Assembly (NCBI GenBank): GCA_002269645.1
Contig: NIVC01000352.1
Span: 62,001-126,000 of the forward strand
Source: Macrostomum lignano
Taxonomy: Eukaryota
Length of the DNA: 64,000 nt
Direction of reading: 5' to 3'
Within the stretch, counting starts at the first letter, position 1. Each line of letters opens with the position of its first letter. The notes below the pieces were generated by a model. It saw only the letters and a list, made by a program, of their open reading frames with translations. It did no database searches and was not told the origin of the DNA. Shown piece after piece: positions 1 through 12,885 of the stretch. Made by a program: the position numbers and the translations under genes.

Positions 1-5
1 TTCAG

Positions 6-278
6 ACGTTCGCGCTCACCCTGGCCCAGCCGTTGGCCTATCGCAGCTGCGACCTGCTGGCGGCCAGCATCTGCCTGCTGCCCAGCGTAGCCTCAGACGT
101 ACTGGAGAAGCGTTGCACTATTGAACTGGCCGGCGGCGTCACCAGAGGTCAGCTGGTGGTTGATTGGTTCGACAAGGCGGACCGCGGGCTCAGCAAAGTG
201 GCCACCGTGTCAGCCAGGTTTGTGACCAAAGTCGCACTGGATGCCTACCGGGCACTGCTGTTTGAAACTCTGGGATAA
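6..278 (+). CDS. Inosine/uridine-preferring nucleoside hydrolase, last exon (gene starts upstream of window)
   Basis: C-terminal IU-NH signature: CDLLAA..L.P and TIELAGGVTRGQLVVDW; possible acceptor ttcag at 1-5; stop at 276-278; AATAAA about 60 nt downstream. Confidence 0.75.
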   Translation, partial: TFALTLAQPLAYRSCDLLAASICLLPSVASDVLEKRCTIELAGGVTRGQLVVDWFDKADRGLSKVATVSARFVTKVALDAYRALLFETLG

Positions 279-449
279 TAGGGTTTTTCACTGCCAATTA
301 TTGACTATGCAGCTCTGCAGTCTCGGGTTATCAACTTAATAAAGAAAAATGAATTGTTAATTTTGCCTCAATAATCAATGTTGCTTTAGTTAGTTACTAT
401 GCAATTTAAAGTCGGAATATGCAATACTTTCCGTTCATGTTGGTAACTA

Positions 450-871
450 GCCTGAATTCATGGTGTCACCATTGCCTGAATAGCCTGAATGTACAGTATC
501 ACCTTTGCCTGAATAGCCTGAATGTACAGTGTCACCATTGCCTGAATAGCCTGAATGTACAGTGTCACCATTGCCTGAATAGCCTGAATGTACAGTGTCA
601 CCATTGCCTGAATAGCCTGAATGTACAGTGTCACCATTGCCTGAATAGCCTGAATGTACAGTGTCACCATTGCCTGAATAGCATGAATGTACAGTGTCAC
701 CATTGCCTGAATAGCCTGAATGCATGGTGTCATCATTGTTTGAATAGCCTGAATGTACAGTGTCACCATTGCCTGAATAGCCTGAATGTACAGTGTCACC
801 ATTGCCTGAATAGCCTGAATGTACAGTGTCACCATTGCCTGAATAGCCTGAATGTACAGTGTCACCATTGC
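450..871. repeat. 33-bp minisatellite (CCTGAATAGCCTGAATGTACAGTGTCACCATTG), about 13 copies
   Basis: Direct tandem units visible; explains repetitive ORFs 419-892, 447-725 and 458-868. Confidence 0.95.
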
Positions 872-1302
872 TTAGCTATTGATCAAGACTAACACAATCA
901 GCTAATTAAATACATGTACTTTTAACCTATTTTCAATCTGCATGCAGCTCTTTCTAAATGAAATTGAAATGCTTTTACGATACATATTTAGTACAATATA
1001 CAGATTAAATTTATGTTTAAATGTTGAGATTTATCCCCTTGCGTCTTTTCAATACCAGATTTATTAAATTGAAACTTTGATTCTGAAACGTGGCTAGTAT
1101 GTTTTAATGGCCTCTGTTTAACTGGTCTATTAATTATATTTATAGTATGCTAATGCGCATTTTAACTACATTAATCGTTTCCGGTCTATTAGATTTTACC
1201 TGCAATGATTTTTAAAATAAATTAGTAATGTCTTAATGTTTCTTTTGTTTTTTAGTGTACTGTTTTTACACTTGAACTTTACAGTATGAATTATTGCATA
1301 AA

Positions 1303-2145
<843 letters not shown>

Positions 2146-2186
2146 AATTCACTCTCACTGGCAACAATGCATGCTAATACAAAGCA

Positions 2187-2606
2187 ATGTCTCATTTAAC
2201 TTCGTTGCCATGGACGCTAATACTGCTTACGCTGGCAAGCTACGCTTTGCCAACAGCGGTAGCGAGTGGCGGCGACCCAATGCACGTGCACGACTCGGCG
2301 CACATGTTCTCCCATATGGAGCACCTGAGCATCAAGCCGAAGGATGGCAAAGAGCTCAGCGAGGCTGAGCAGGAATATTATTATTTCAAAATGCACGACT
2401 TTGATAACAACAACAAACTGGACGGATTGGAGCTGATGAAGTCGATGCTGGACCACGACGAAGGTAAGCAGGTTATGTCGGACACCGCACTGGAGCAGGC
2501 CATCAACGAGGTGCTGAAGGACGAGGACGCCAACGGGGACGGCTACATTGATTATTCGGAATTTGTTGCCTCCCAGCGCAAGACTGAAGACCCCAAAAGT
2601 GCTTGA
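2187..2606 (+). CDS. MCFD2: Multiple coagulation factor deficiency protein 2 (EF-hand ER cargo-receptor partner of ERGIC-53), single exon
   Basis: Signal peptide; HMEHL...ELSEAEQEYYYFKMHDFDNNNKLDGLEL and second EF hand DANGDGYIDYSEF match the MCFD2 family. Confidence 0.93.
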   Translation: MSHLTSLPWTLILLTLASYALPTAVASGGDPMHVHDSAHMFSHMEHLSIKPKDGKELSEAEQEYYYFKMHDFDNNNKLDGLELMKSMLDHDEGKQVMSDTALEQAINEVLKDEDANGDGYIDYSEFVASQRKTEDPKSA

Positions 2607-5374
2607 AACTATCGATTCATAGGCCACGGGCTACTAGAACAGAGCATAGATGGCCCTTAGATGTGCACTTCGTCATAGCTGTGTTGGGGAAAAAGGGATT
2701 CCAATGTTTTATTTGCAAGTATTTGCATATGTATAAATTGATTTTTGGGGCCACATACTTGCAAAAGTTTGAAATTAGTAGCTCAATTTTTGGCATCACG
2801 GCAGTTGTCAGTGGGGAGATGGCTCACGGCTTGCTAGTGCAGCAACGCCTAGACCACGGCCAGTGCGCGATTGCTATTGTAAAGCTTCACAGACCCGAGG
2901 GGCGGAGTTTGCCGAACCTTGATCTCGAGTATTTAGTATCCATGTAGTCTAATTTTGCTTTTACATGTTTTCGGGGAAATCGGAAATATTGTGTGGTTGC
3001 TACTGGGTCTGATGCTGCAGTTGCCGCCGTCTCGAACCTCCATCGTTTGAGATAATAAATCTGTCTATGTCAATGTGCCAATATATACTACTTGCAGTCG
3101 TGAAAGCAATTGAACTATAGCAAGGTGGTACACCTGTCCTTGATTGAAGTTTGCATTCTGTGCCGTTAATTTTAATACAGTGTATGCTGTATTTTTCTGT
3201 TGTACTTTCAGTTTAATCTCACTCGCTGAGTTTTTGGTGGTTGGGATTCTATTCAATATACTAATGACGTGTGTTCGCATAGTTGTACTTTAAAGCAATG
3301 TTTGATGCATTATCATGCGAGACCGAACAATATTCCTTCTCACTTTCTCGAATTTGGAATCTTTATTCTCTAAAATATCTCACTAATTTTATATTTCTCT
3401 ATATCTATATTTCAAAGGTATTTGGGTATTTTTACTGTGGCTCGATTTGTCTATTCAGAAGCCGTTTTAGTATTTTAGAGAACAGAAGCAACTGTTGCGC
3501 GTTCTGTTTAGTCTGTCTTTTATGAATTACTTATTTTATATTTTCTGCTTTTGTCGAATTCTTGTTTTTCTTTACAGAGTTATAAAAATTATAGCTTTTC
3601 AGATTGATTATGAGCAAATTTAGATGGCATTATTAAATTGGCTTTACAGAACGAGTAGATGGCCTTTTTACAGTGTACGTTTAACATTCGATATTTTATT
3701 CCGAGTCAAATCAATTTTATGGATATGATTTTGTTTGTGAAAATTGCCGCAGGCTTAGTGTCGTCTATATAGTTTGCCTGATCTAGTCGAAAATTAATTT
3801 AGTTATCTTTCTCCTATTCATTCGTCTTCTGTTGGTGTCGTTAAGCGATGTTTTCCAACTATTTCTGTGCTTTTAAAACATCTTAACCATGCAATTTTAA
3901 TTCGGCAAGCAAGTCTTTTTGTGTTGCGCGTTATAACCTTGTTTACGAAACAGTTCAATATTAAATTGGTTTTTGCTTCCTTGGCTGTCGCTCGATAAGA
4001 AACTTCGGTAAAAAAACTCAAAATGAAAACAGATGTGAGCTACTTGGACTTTGATTTCTGAGTATGGATTTTCAGGGTTCAGGCATTAGTACATGTACGA
4101 TATTAAAAAAAGACAATTCAGACCATTATAGTCGTGTACATGTACTCTCGTACATGGCCAGGGTTCACATGAGTGCAATTTATTAGAAGAATGAGCTGTT
4201 GAAACCTGCGGATTTTGGACCCGCTGAATTCCGATCCCCGGAACTGTTCTTGCATGCATTTTTAAATCTAAAGTCATACTCAAACAAACACTTGTAAGTA
4301 GTCGGGATGGAGGTAAACAAAAATTGGAGTAAATGTGTATCAAATTAAGATTTGAGGCCTTTAAAACTTCTCTCCTCTCCTCACTCTTCTCATCCATCTC
4401 CACTTTTATGTCACTCCTCTCTCTTCTCTCCTATTTCCTCAATTCTCTCTCCTCTCTTTTTGGAATTGGAATTGCATGGAATAGGATGCAGGGTAAAGGT
4501 GTAAACAATTTGCAGGGCAGTAAATCATTGTTAGGGATAAGTAGAATGTGCATTTCGTGTTAGAATTTGCAAGTAGCAGGGCATACGTAAATACACACTT
4601 TTACATATGTAAATACATACAGACAACTGAGTTTAAGTTACGATAAATAGGATTTTTTACATTGCACGCTATGAATGTTTATTTAATACCGTTTTTTCAA
4701 GTAAAGGCTCTATCACTATCAAACGGAACAAACTCTATTACTGATAGAGTTTGACTGAGCATTTTAACTATCAATGGGTTCATTTCTAGGTTTAATAATA
4801 ATTATTTAATCGAATGACATAACAAATACAAAAAGCAGTATATATCGGTGGGTGTTTATATGTAGTCATGTTAATTACTTTCCGAATCCTGACTTAGCTT
4901 CTCCGACGCATCCGCTTCTTCTGTGTGCTGACTCGCCACTCCTTCGCCACTGCCACTGCTCAAGTCTTTGTTGCTGTCGATGCCGCTCAGGTCTACTGAA
5001 TTTAGAAGGCTGTTGTCGAATTCCTCTTGCAGTTTCTCAAGGACAGTCTGTTTTTCTGTAAGTCGTTTCTTTTTAGCGTCCTGTTTTCCTCCTCGACATC
5101 GATAACCCGAGGAGGTCGAGTTTTACAAGGCGATTAAGATGCGATTTCTTAGCCTCAGCCAGAGGGAAATCGGCCATAGACATAGCTTTTAGTCCCTGCG
5201 AGCAAAAATACATTACTGAGATAGGAAAAAACAGCTGTGTTTGGGCCATTTTCAGCCATTTCTTTAGTTAGGACCTCCATTTTTTATTAGCCTGAGGCAC
5301 TCCCCGGAAAAATTCGTGTCTATTAGTCCAAGTCCCATCTTTCTACGACTTACCGTTTAGGAGTCCATTAGCGA

Positions 5375-5428
5375 ATACACACACAGACAACACACAGACA
5401 CACAGTTTCATTTTTATATATTGAGATT
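5375..5428 (+). mobile_element. Possible Helitron/DINE-like non-autonomous element end (ACAG repeats + TTTCATTTTTATA)
   Basis: cacacagacaacacacagacacacagtttcatttttatata; similar motifs at about 56343-56390 (+) and 6433-6465 (-). Family assignment is inference. Confidence 0.35.
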
Positions 5429-6780
5429 ATAAAAGCGTAGAATATGGTAGCATCGAAATACAAAGAGGGTCAAAGAAACAGAAATTGGTCATATAGGACA
5501 GATCGATGCAATGGAGCATTTTAACAATTGAGAAGTTAAGAAGAGCAGCGAAGGAGAGGGCATGCAGTGGTGGCCGGAGCTTGTGCCTGAATGGGTGCGC
5601 CCACGGCCATGACGGCTAGCGATAAAGAAGAAGAGATCGAAGAGTGTCCACGATCGTATGTTCTCTGCCAAGTCGATCTTGGTCTCTTTCTAGCCTAAAA
5701 ACTGCTTGCCCGGCGTCGGACGTAATCGCAAGTATTTTTTAAGTGCAAATGAAATTACCGGGTACCTGCCTTATTTATAAACTTTTAAGTAATATGATTA
5801 ACAAATCAAACACAGTAGCTTTATTTTCATTGCAAGTCTTAAAATTGTTTGCGAATAAAAGGCATAAAATAAATGCTTATTTGTTTCTTCAAACTATAAC
5901 TATTCTTAGTTGCAAAAACATTGAATTTGAATAAAAAACGGGGATGGAGGTCCTCGAGACCAGAGTCCAGGAAACCAGACTATTTTTAGCAAAGAGCTAA
6001 GTATTGTGTATGGTAAGTCTTTGAAGTAGTCTGTAGATCGTTTCGAATTAACAATAATCAAGATTTAAAAAAAATTTCCTAAATCTTAGATCATTCAGTT
6101 TTTGACACAATACAAGCACACCATCACCCTTCTTATCTTAGGCCTAGCCTAGTGTAGTGTGTACATTATCAGCCTATCCAGTATTAAGTCTAAGCTAGTG
6201 GCATATTGCTATTTATATTTTGTTGAAGATAGAATATAAATTTGTACTTAAGTTAAATAAGGCTTAGGCCTAGCCTTAATAGTAGGCTTAACTAAAAACT
6301 GTAGATATAAGATCAAAAGGTTTAGGCCTAGCATTTATAAAAAATCAAAATAGGGCCTACAAACTAAAACTGGGTAATTAGGCCTATACCTGCTGATGAG
6401 ATTTTTTAGAACTTGGTAAAATATCTATACCTATAAAAATGAAAACTCTGTATGTCTGTCTATGTACAAATTATTTCGTCTAGTATAAATTGAAATTTTT
6501 AGCTAATTATTAAGGCCTAAGTATAATGTATTACTCAGTATTAGTAGCCTAGGCCTAGTATAGTTGGTAGAAGAGAGCTCTAAGATTTTAAAAGTCAAGT
6601 ATATTTTTTCTTTTTTATAAGTGTCTAATGTGACAAATCTCATTTGCTAGATGCCTAGACTCTAGTCGTCTAGAATAAAAGTTATACACATTTATATTTT
6701 GAAAATTGGTCTGATAATAAAAAAATGCATATAGGCCTAGTGGCAAAAAGTTGCAAAGCCTTTTTATCATAATTTTTAAT

Positions 6781-7646
6781 CATACATGCGCAACCCCCCT
6801 GATTTACACTGGCTATATAACTTACTTTTTGACCAAAAATGCAACTTACCTCTGAAAGAAACCCTAACACAATTTTGGATAAATGGCAGAAGCCAGACTC
6901 CGGATGGTATACATGTACGCCGGAAAATTCCGGCATACAGAGGGACCTAGATTACACATTGGCGTACAACTTGGCGTACAAAGGCGCCTGGCGTGCCCTC
7001 TTGGCGTACAGCTTGGCGTATAGAGATTGCCGAGACCAGCAGGTGGGACCAAAAGTTCCGAGTCCCAACAATCAATCTACATAATTAGCATACAAAAATG
7101 ATTAAGTTTGCATTTGGCATAGTTTCCATGTACATAGTTACAGTAGCTAAATTTTGATCAGAAAGAATGGCTGGCCCTTTACGAAAAAAATGGAAAACTA
7201 AATTTAAAAAACCAGGCTTAACCTTTCCAAGAAAGTAAAAGTAAAACGAAATTAGTTAAAATGAACTAGTTCTCTACAGTTTAGTAAAAAGATTTTCAGT
7301 TTTAACTCATAGGTTGATCAAATATTAAAATTGTGCAAGCTTTTAATATTAGTTGTAGTTTGTAATTTCTATTTTGGCATATTTTTGTATGCGATAAAAA
7401 GTTCGTTGGCGTACATTGGCGTGCATGAGCTACGGAAGCAATTTTCGTTCCGGCGTACAGCGGTACACGATCCTGACCCTGGGGCAGAAGTAACTTTGAT
7501 TGTCTTTAAGGGCTAAATGCCTTATCATCTAATTAGTACTATATCTGTATTCTTTAGGCTGGCCATTTTTGCGACTTACCCCTGGTCCACCACAATTTAT
7601 GCTGGCCAGATCGACTAGGTCAGCCAGTAATTGCACATCATGTATA
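6781..7646. mobile_element. Non-autonomous TIR element, family B (CATACATGCGCAAC termini), 8-bp TSD TTTTTAAT
   Basis: Left TIR catacatgcgcaac at 6781; degenerate right TIR attgcacatcatgtata ending 7646; identical TTTTTAAT at 6773-6780 and 7647-7654. Confidence 0.8.
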
Positions 7647-8628
7647 TTTTTAATACTTTTGTTAAAGTTTTTTGCCTATGTCTATTAGATGCATACAAAA
7701 TTGGCAATAAACAAATTTGGCAATAACAATTTAATGTAGACAAATTTAGTGAAAACAAATTTGGTAACAAGTCTTTAACTTTGATTTATGATTGCAACCA
7801 AAGCTTTAGATATATAGGGCCTAAAATACTTGCATGTATGGCAGCCATCCACCTGACACCTAGTGTTTTAATTGTGTGCATGGTGGCTGTCTACCCAATG
7901 CAAAAAGTTTAAAGCATATAATGATATGACCAAACTATGATAAAACCACTTTATTCAAACTATACTTATCTATATACAACTTTTTATATTCTTACAAAAT
8001 GGATAATTCCAAATAATTTATATATCTGAAATTAAAAAAGCCTAAAATAGTAATATAATACTTGAACATTAAAATCCTTAATTAAAACAAATTAGAATAT
8101 AACATTCAAAGTGGCATATATAACCTAAACCAACTATGCCAAAATTTGTATAGATCTAGATTATTTCCATGCAAGAACTTTTTTACATTTTCAATATCTT
8201 TTTAAAAATGTTTTTTTTTAGAAAAGAATGACATTATTCCTTCATTGAAAAAATGACAAATATGCTTGAATTGGTATACATATTTTTAATAAGCTCCAAC
8301 TCATTGCTAAAGTGATTAACTATTCATAAAACTATTTTAGATAGGCTTTTTAATGTAATTGCATCTAAGCCAGATTCATTCAATATATGCATGTATGTAA
8401 AAAGAGACTCCACAACCAATTTTAATGATTATGTCAAAGCCAATTTATTGGTAAAATAATTTGCTACAAGATATACATAGCTATATGTATCCTATTGGCA
8501 AGATAATTAAAATACAATGTGGAAGCATATAGCACCAGACTTGATTTAAATTGCATGACTATGCAATGTATAAGCATTTAGTAATAAGTTTCTATATGCT
8601 AGCAGATAGTTTCCCTTAGCTAGTTATA

Positions 8629-8817
8629 TATACATATGCAACACCTAGCTAAGCTAGCCAATCTGGCATTTGGCCTCAACAATATAGTCATAATTACTCC
8701 TGCCATTTACCCAAAATTACATTAATTTTTGCTAAGGTACCTTTTATAGGTAAGTTGCATTTTTGATCAAAAAGTAAGTTGCATGGCCAGTGTAAATTCG
8801 AGGGTTATGCATGTATG
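8629..8817. mobile_element. MITE family B copy, 8-bp TSD TAGTTATA
   Basis: tatacatatgcaac ... ttatgcatgtatg; TAGTTATA at 8621-8628 and 8818-8825. Confidence 0.8.
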
Positions 8818-8956
8818 TAGTTATAGCTTATTTCCAGTAGAGATTTTTAATGAAAATTTATTGATTTCTATATTAATAAAAGTTTTACTAGTCTAATTGT
8901 TATAAAAAAATAAATTGATATATTGCCTAAGCTTATTAATAGCTTATTGATAGATA

Positions 8957-9251
8957 CATACATGCGCAACAGTCGGCCGAGTCGGCCGATCCGGCCGACT
9001 GATTTGGCAGCCAACCATGGAAGTCGCAAAAATGCCCACCCAAAAAACACCAAGTAGTAGTACTAAGTAGCTGACGAGGCATTTTTGCCTGATAAGACAG
9101 TCATGGTTACTCCCGCCGTTTACCCAAAGTTGCGTTAATTTTGCTTTAGGTTTTTTTACATGTAAGTCGCATTTTTGGCCAAAAACTACGTCGCATTTTT
9201 GTTAAAACTAAGTCGCACGGCCGACCGAATTTTGGACGTTGCGCATGTATG
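8957..9251. mobile_element. MITE family B copy, perfect 14-bp TIR, 8-bp TSD GATAGATA
   Basis: CATACATGCGCAAC (8957-8970) ... GTTGCGCATGTATG (9238-9251); GATAGATA on both flanks; subterminal AAGTCGCA motifs. Confidence 0.9.
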
Positions 9252-10452
9252 GATAGATATACCATAGGTTTATATAAATAGGCTAATTGCTTAACATTGG
9301 GCATTTAAATTTAAAATGGCCATAGGTTTTCTAAGGATCATAATCTAATGTGTCTCTAGAAAAGTTTTTAATAGTTGCTAAATTAAAATCTAACTCTATA
9401 TTTTACTAAGCTTCAAACTCCTTTTTGATTAAGGCCTTATGCTTTGAACCAAATCCATATAGCAGATGTAGTTATCCTACTATAGTTAAGGAGCCATAAC
9501 TTCTAAAAAGTTGGTAATATTTTCAAAATTCTTTCACTTGTGTCATTTGTAAATAAAGCAACTATGATACAAATTTGTTGCTGTTACTCTAGCTGTCTAT
9601 TAAAAAGAAACATGAATAAGTCCTAAGACTTTTGGATACCCCTTATAGTGCTGAAAAGTGCTTATTATTTGGCTTTCCCTTGGTTTTAATTTTTTTGTCT
9701 AGACAGTTTTTTCTTCTAAGAAATTTTATATTGTCTGCTCAATTTTTAGACTTAATTTTTTATGTTTCTATTTTACTCTGATATAATACAAATAAATATA
9801 GGTACAAAAAAGAGAAATTTCAACTTAAATGCTACTATATAGTCTATAGTAGCCATGGAAACTAAAGCACAGCATATGTCAGTGGCCTAAATTAGATTAG
9901 GCCACTGACATATGATTTGGGGCTAAATTAGAATCTCAGCTTGGCTCTAAGTCTGCTCATGCAATTAACAGCCTTGAGGGCCAATCCATAAGGCATATTG
10001 AAGTGTACATGCCTAATGATAAATAAAGTTAGGGCTACTGTACACTCCTGTGTGAGTGTGTGCCACTGTGCCTGTGCATATGACTGTACATATCTATGCA
10101 CATGTGTGCTTGCTCAGGGGAGTTGGTGGAATGGGCAGTAATGCCTTTTGCCGGTTGTGTGCCTATGTCGCCTTAAAGTGCGCCAGGGTGCACACAGCCC
10201 CCTGTCTGTAATAAAAATGTAAATAAAAGCTTCAGAACTGAAAATTAACTAGAAGTTATTAGCTTGTAGATTAGATTATTAGGATAACTAATCTATTCTA
10301 TCTAGAACTCTCCCTTTTTGCTACCAGGAGGTTAAGCTGGATGAAATGGTGATTACTTGTCAAATAAATTTACGGCTCTGTAATAGAGCTCACAGTGATG
10401 CTCTGGGCCAGTTTCCAGTTGACACTTTCTAATTTACTTTCATTCGCGCCAG

Positions 10453-11655
10453 TCATCCGCCATCTGTCGAGTAGCCTGCGCCCTGTCTGGCGGCGTTGAC
10501 AGTGCCGTTTCGGCCTACCTGCTCAGGCAGCGCGGCTTTCAAGTCACCTGCGTACACATGACCAACTGGGACGAACTGGACGAGACTGGCCACTGCTCCG
10601 GCGAGCGGGACCTTCGCGATGCCCAGCTAGTCAGTAAGCAGCTCGGCCTGCCATTCCTGCGTCTGAACTTCACCAAGGAGTATTGGACTCGGGTGTTTCA
10701 GCACACCCTGGGCGAGTACGAGTCCGGCCGAACTCCCAATCCGGATGTGCTGTGCAATAGGCACATTAAATTCGACTGCTTGTACAAGTATTGCATTGAC
10801 GAATTGAAATTCGATGCTCTGGCTACTGGCCACTATGCTAGGACGTCGTTTGGCGATTTTCTTGAGCACCGCCAACCGGGCGAGAGTGTCCGCCTGCTGT
10901 GCTCAGCCGATCCGGTTAAGGATCAGACATTCTGGCTGTGCCAGGTGCCGCAGGAGGCTCTGCGCCGGGCTGCTTTCCCTATTGGCAGCCTGATGAAGCC
11001 GGATGTCAAACGCCTGTGCTCAAACATCGGCCTGTCTAGCATAGCAACCAGACGGGAGAGCGCCGGAATTTGTTTTATTGGCAAGCGAAATTTTTCCGAT
11101 TTTATTGACCAGTACGTTGAACGTCGGCCAGGCAGATTTGTACACCTGGAGACTGGCAAAGAGCTCGGTCAGCACGATGGCGTACATCATTACACTCTTG
11201 GCCAGCGGCCGCGCTTAGCTATTGATCATCGGCGCTACTTTGTTGCCAAGCTGTGCCCGAACAGTCGGACAGTTTATCTAGTTGACGGCGTCAGCCACCC
11301 GTCTCTGTACCACAGAGATATGCGCTGTGAGCCGGCGCACTGGATTCACTCGGAGCCGCCTGAACTGGCCGCCACTGACCAGCTGCACTGCCAGCTCAGA
11401 TGGCAGAACAAATGGCGCCCGATCGACTGCCATCTGGCTAAAGATGGCGCCGGCTTGCGGGTCACCCTGGCCGAGCCGATGCGCTGCGTGTCGGCCGGTC
11501 AATACGCCGTGTTCTATCGCGACAATGAGTGCTTGGGTAGCGCTAGGATATTGGCCTCGCGTAGCCTGTGTGACGAGGGCAGTCGAGATCCGGTGCATTG
11601 GAACACGGACGATTTTCTAGTGCGATATCCAGATTCTGTTGCCCTATCTGCTTGA
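10453..11655 (+). CDS. TRMU: Mitochondrial tRNA 2-thiouridylase MnmA/TRMU; single coding exon with no in-frame initiator ATG before the PP-loop
   Basis: Frame extends upstream of ORF 10558 to SSAICRVACALSGGVDSAVSAYLL; catalytic NPDVLCNRHIKF, ATGHYAR, KDQTFWL, ESAGICFIG; acceptor cgccAG at 10451-10452; in-frame stop at 10420-10422. Confidence 0.95.
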   Translation, partial: SSAICRVACALSGGVDSAVSAYLLRQRGFQVTCVHMTNWDELDETGHCSGERDLRDAQLVSKQLGLPFLRLNFTKEYWTRVFQHTLGEYESGRTPNPDVLCNRHIKFDCLYKYCIDELKFDALATGHYARTSFGDFLEHRQPGESVRLLCSADPVKDQTFWLCQVPQEALRRAAFPIGSLMKPDVKRLCSNIGLSSIATRRESAGICFIGKRNFSDFIDQYVERRPGRFVHLETGKELGQHDGVHHYTLGQRPRLAIDHRRYFVAKLCPNSRTVYLVDGVSHPSLYHRDMRCEPAHWIHSEPPELAATDQLHCQLRWQNKWRPIDCHLAKDGAGLRVTLAEPMRCVSAGQYAVFYRDNECLGSARILASRSLCDEGSRDPVHWNTDDFLVRYPDSVALSA

Positions 11656-11934
11656 TGAGTCGCTTTAAATACTTTTTAATGATAGCTTGATTTTATGCAT
11701 TTAAATATAAACTTGAGAACTTATTTGACTTGTATCTGGAATCGTGATTGATACTTTTATCCGTTGGTGCTGTTTTTTAAACTGATTTTTTAGTTTATTA
11801 TCACGGATTTCAAATTATCTTTATCTGGGCAACTCTGATTCATCCAGTTCTGTCTGATCCAACTTTTCAAGTCTTTAAGTCCAGCTCTATTTAGCTAGAT
11901 TTTTATAGTTACCTAGTATTTCTACTCGTATCTT

Positions 11935-12460
11935 CATGTCTAATTCCACTATCCTTGCCAGGACATGTCCAATTCCCCTATCCTTTCGAGGGCATGTCTA
12001 ATTCCCCTGCCCTAGCCAGGACATTTCTAATTCCCTTATCCTAGCCATGACATGTCTAATTCCCTTATCCTTTCCAGAGCATGTCTAATTCCCTTATCCT
12101 TTCCAGAGCATGTCTAATTCCCCAGTCCTAGCCAGGACTGTCTAATTCCACTATCCTTGCCAGGACATGTCCAATTCCCCTATCCTTTCGAGGGCATGTC
12201 TAATTCCCCTGCCCTAGCCAGGACATTTCTAATTCCCTTATCCTAGCCAGGACATTTCTAATTCCCTTATCCTAGCCATGACATGTCTAATTCCCTTATC
12301 CTTTCCAGAGCATGTCTAATTCCCTTATCCTTTCCAGACCATGTCTAATTCCCCAGTCCTAGCCAGGACTGTCTAATTCCCCTATCCTAGCCAGGACATG
12401 TCTAATTCCCTTATCCTTTCCAGAGCATGTCTAATTCCCCAGTCCTAGCCAGGACATATC
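11935..12460. repeat. 29-bp minisatellite (CATGTCTAATTCCCYTATCCT...) with about 202-bp higher-order repeat
   Basis: Tandem units; variant block at 11951 recurs at 12153. Confidence 0.92.
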
Positions 12461-12885
12461 CAGACGTTATCCTCTCCTTTCATTCATCCTTAATCATTCT
12501 ATTCCTTCAATCTGCTCTTTTATTATTCTTGTGAAGCGCTGTTGTCAATTTGCTTTGTTGTTTTAAAGCTCTCGCCGGCGTCTCTTCCGCTATTCCGGCG
12601 CTGAGGCTCGCATATCAAGGGTCTAATTTCCCTACCTCATGCCCCGCACCTGCTGCCTCTTAGCTTACCCTCCCTATGTTCGGGCCTTCGATTTGCTGTT
12701 TTCCCCGAGATCAGTTCTCGTGTCTTTCCTTTTCCTCTTTAACCTACAGCCTTCTACTTCTAGTGAAATCTAAGATGTTCACGTGATGCAAGTAATTAAC
12801 TTAATAATTATACTGCACTAATTTTTGTTCTTATCTCTAGTGTTTATTTAGAGCTATCTAGAGCTATTTAAACACATTTTTACAG

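Noticed and set aside
2603-5934. Assorted 60-115 aa ORFs downstream of MCFD2
   Set aside because: AT-rich, no motifs or splice support; consistent with chance ORFs.
10558-11655. Bacterial mnmA or horizontal transfer because the gene is intronless
   Set aside because: The sequence style (VACALSGGVDS, MTNWD) and codon/GC context match the flanking eukaryotic genes; phylogeny would be needed, but nothing visible supports HGT.
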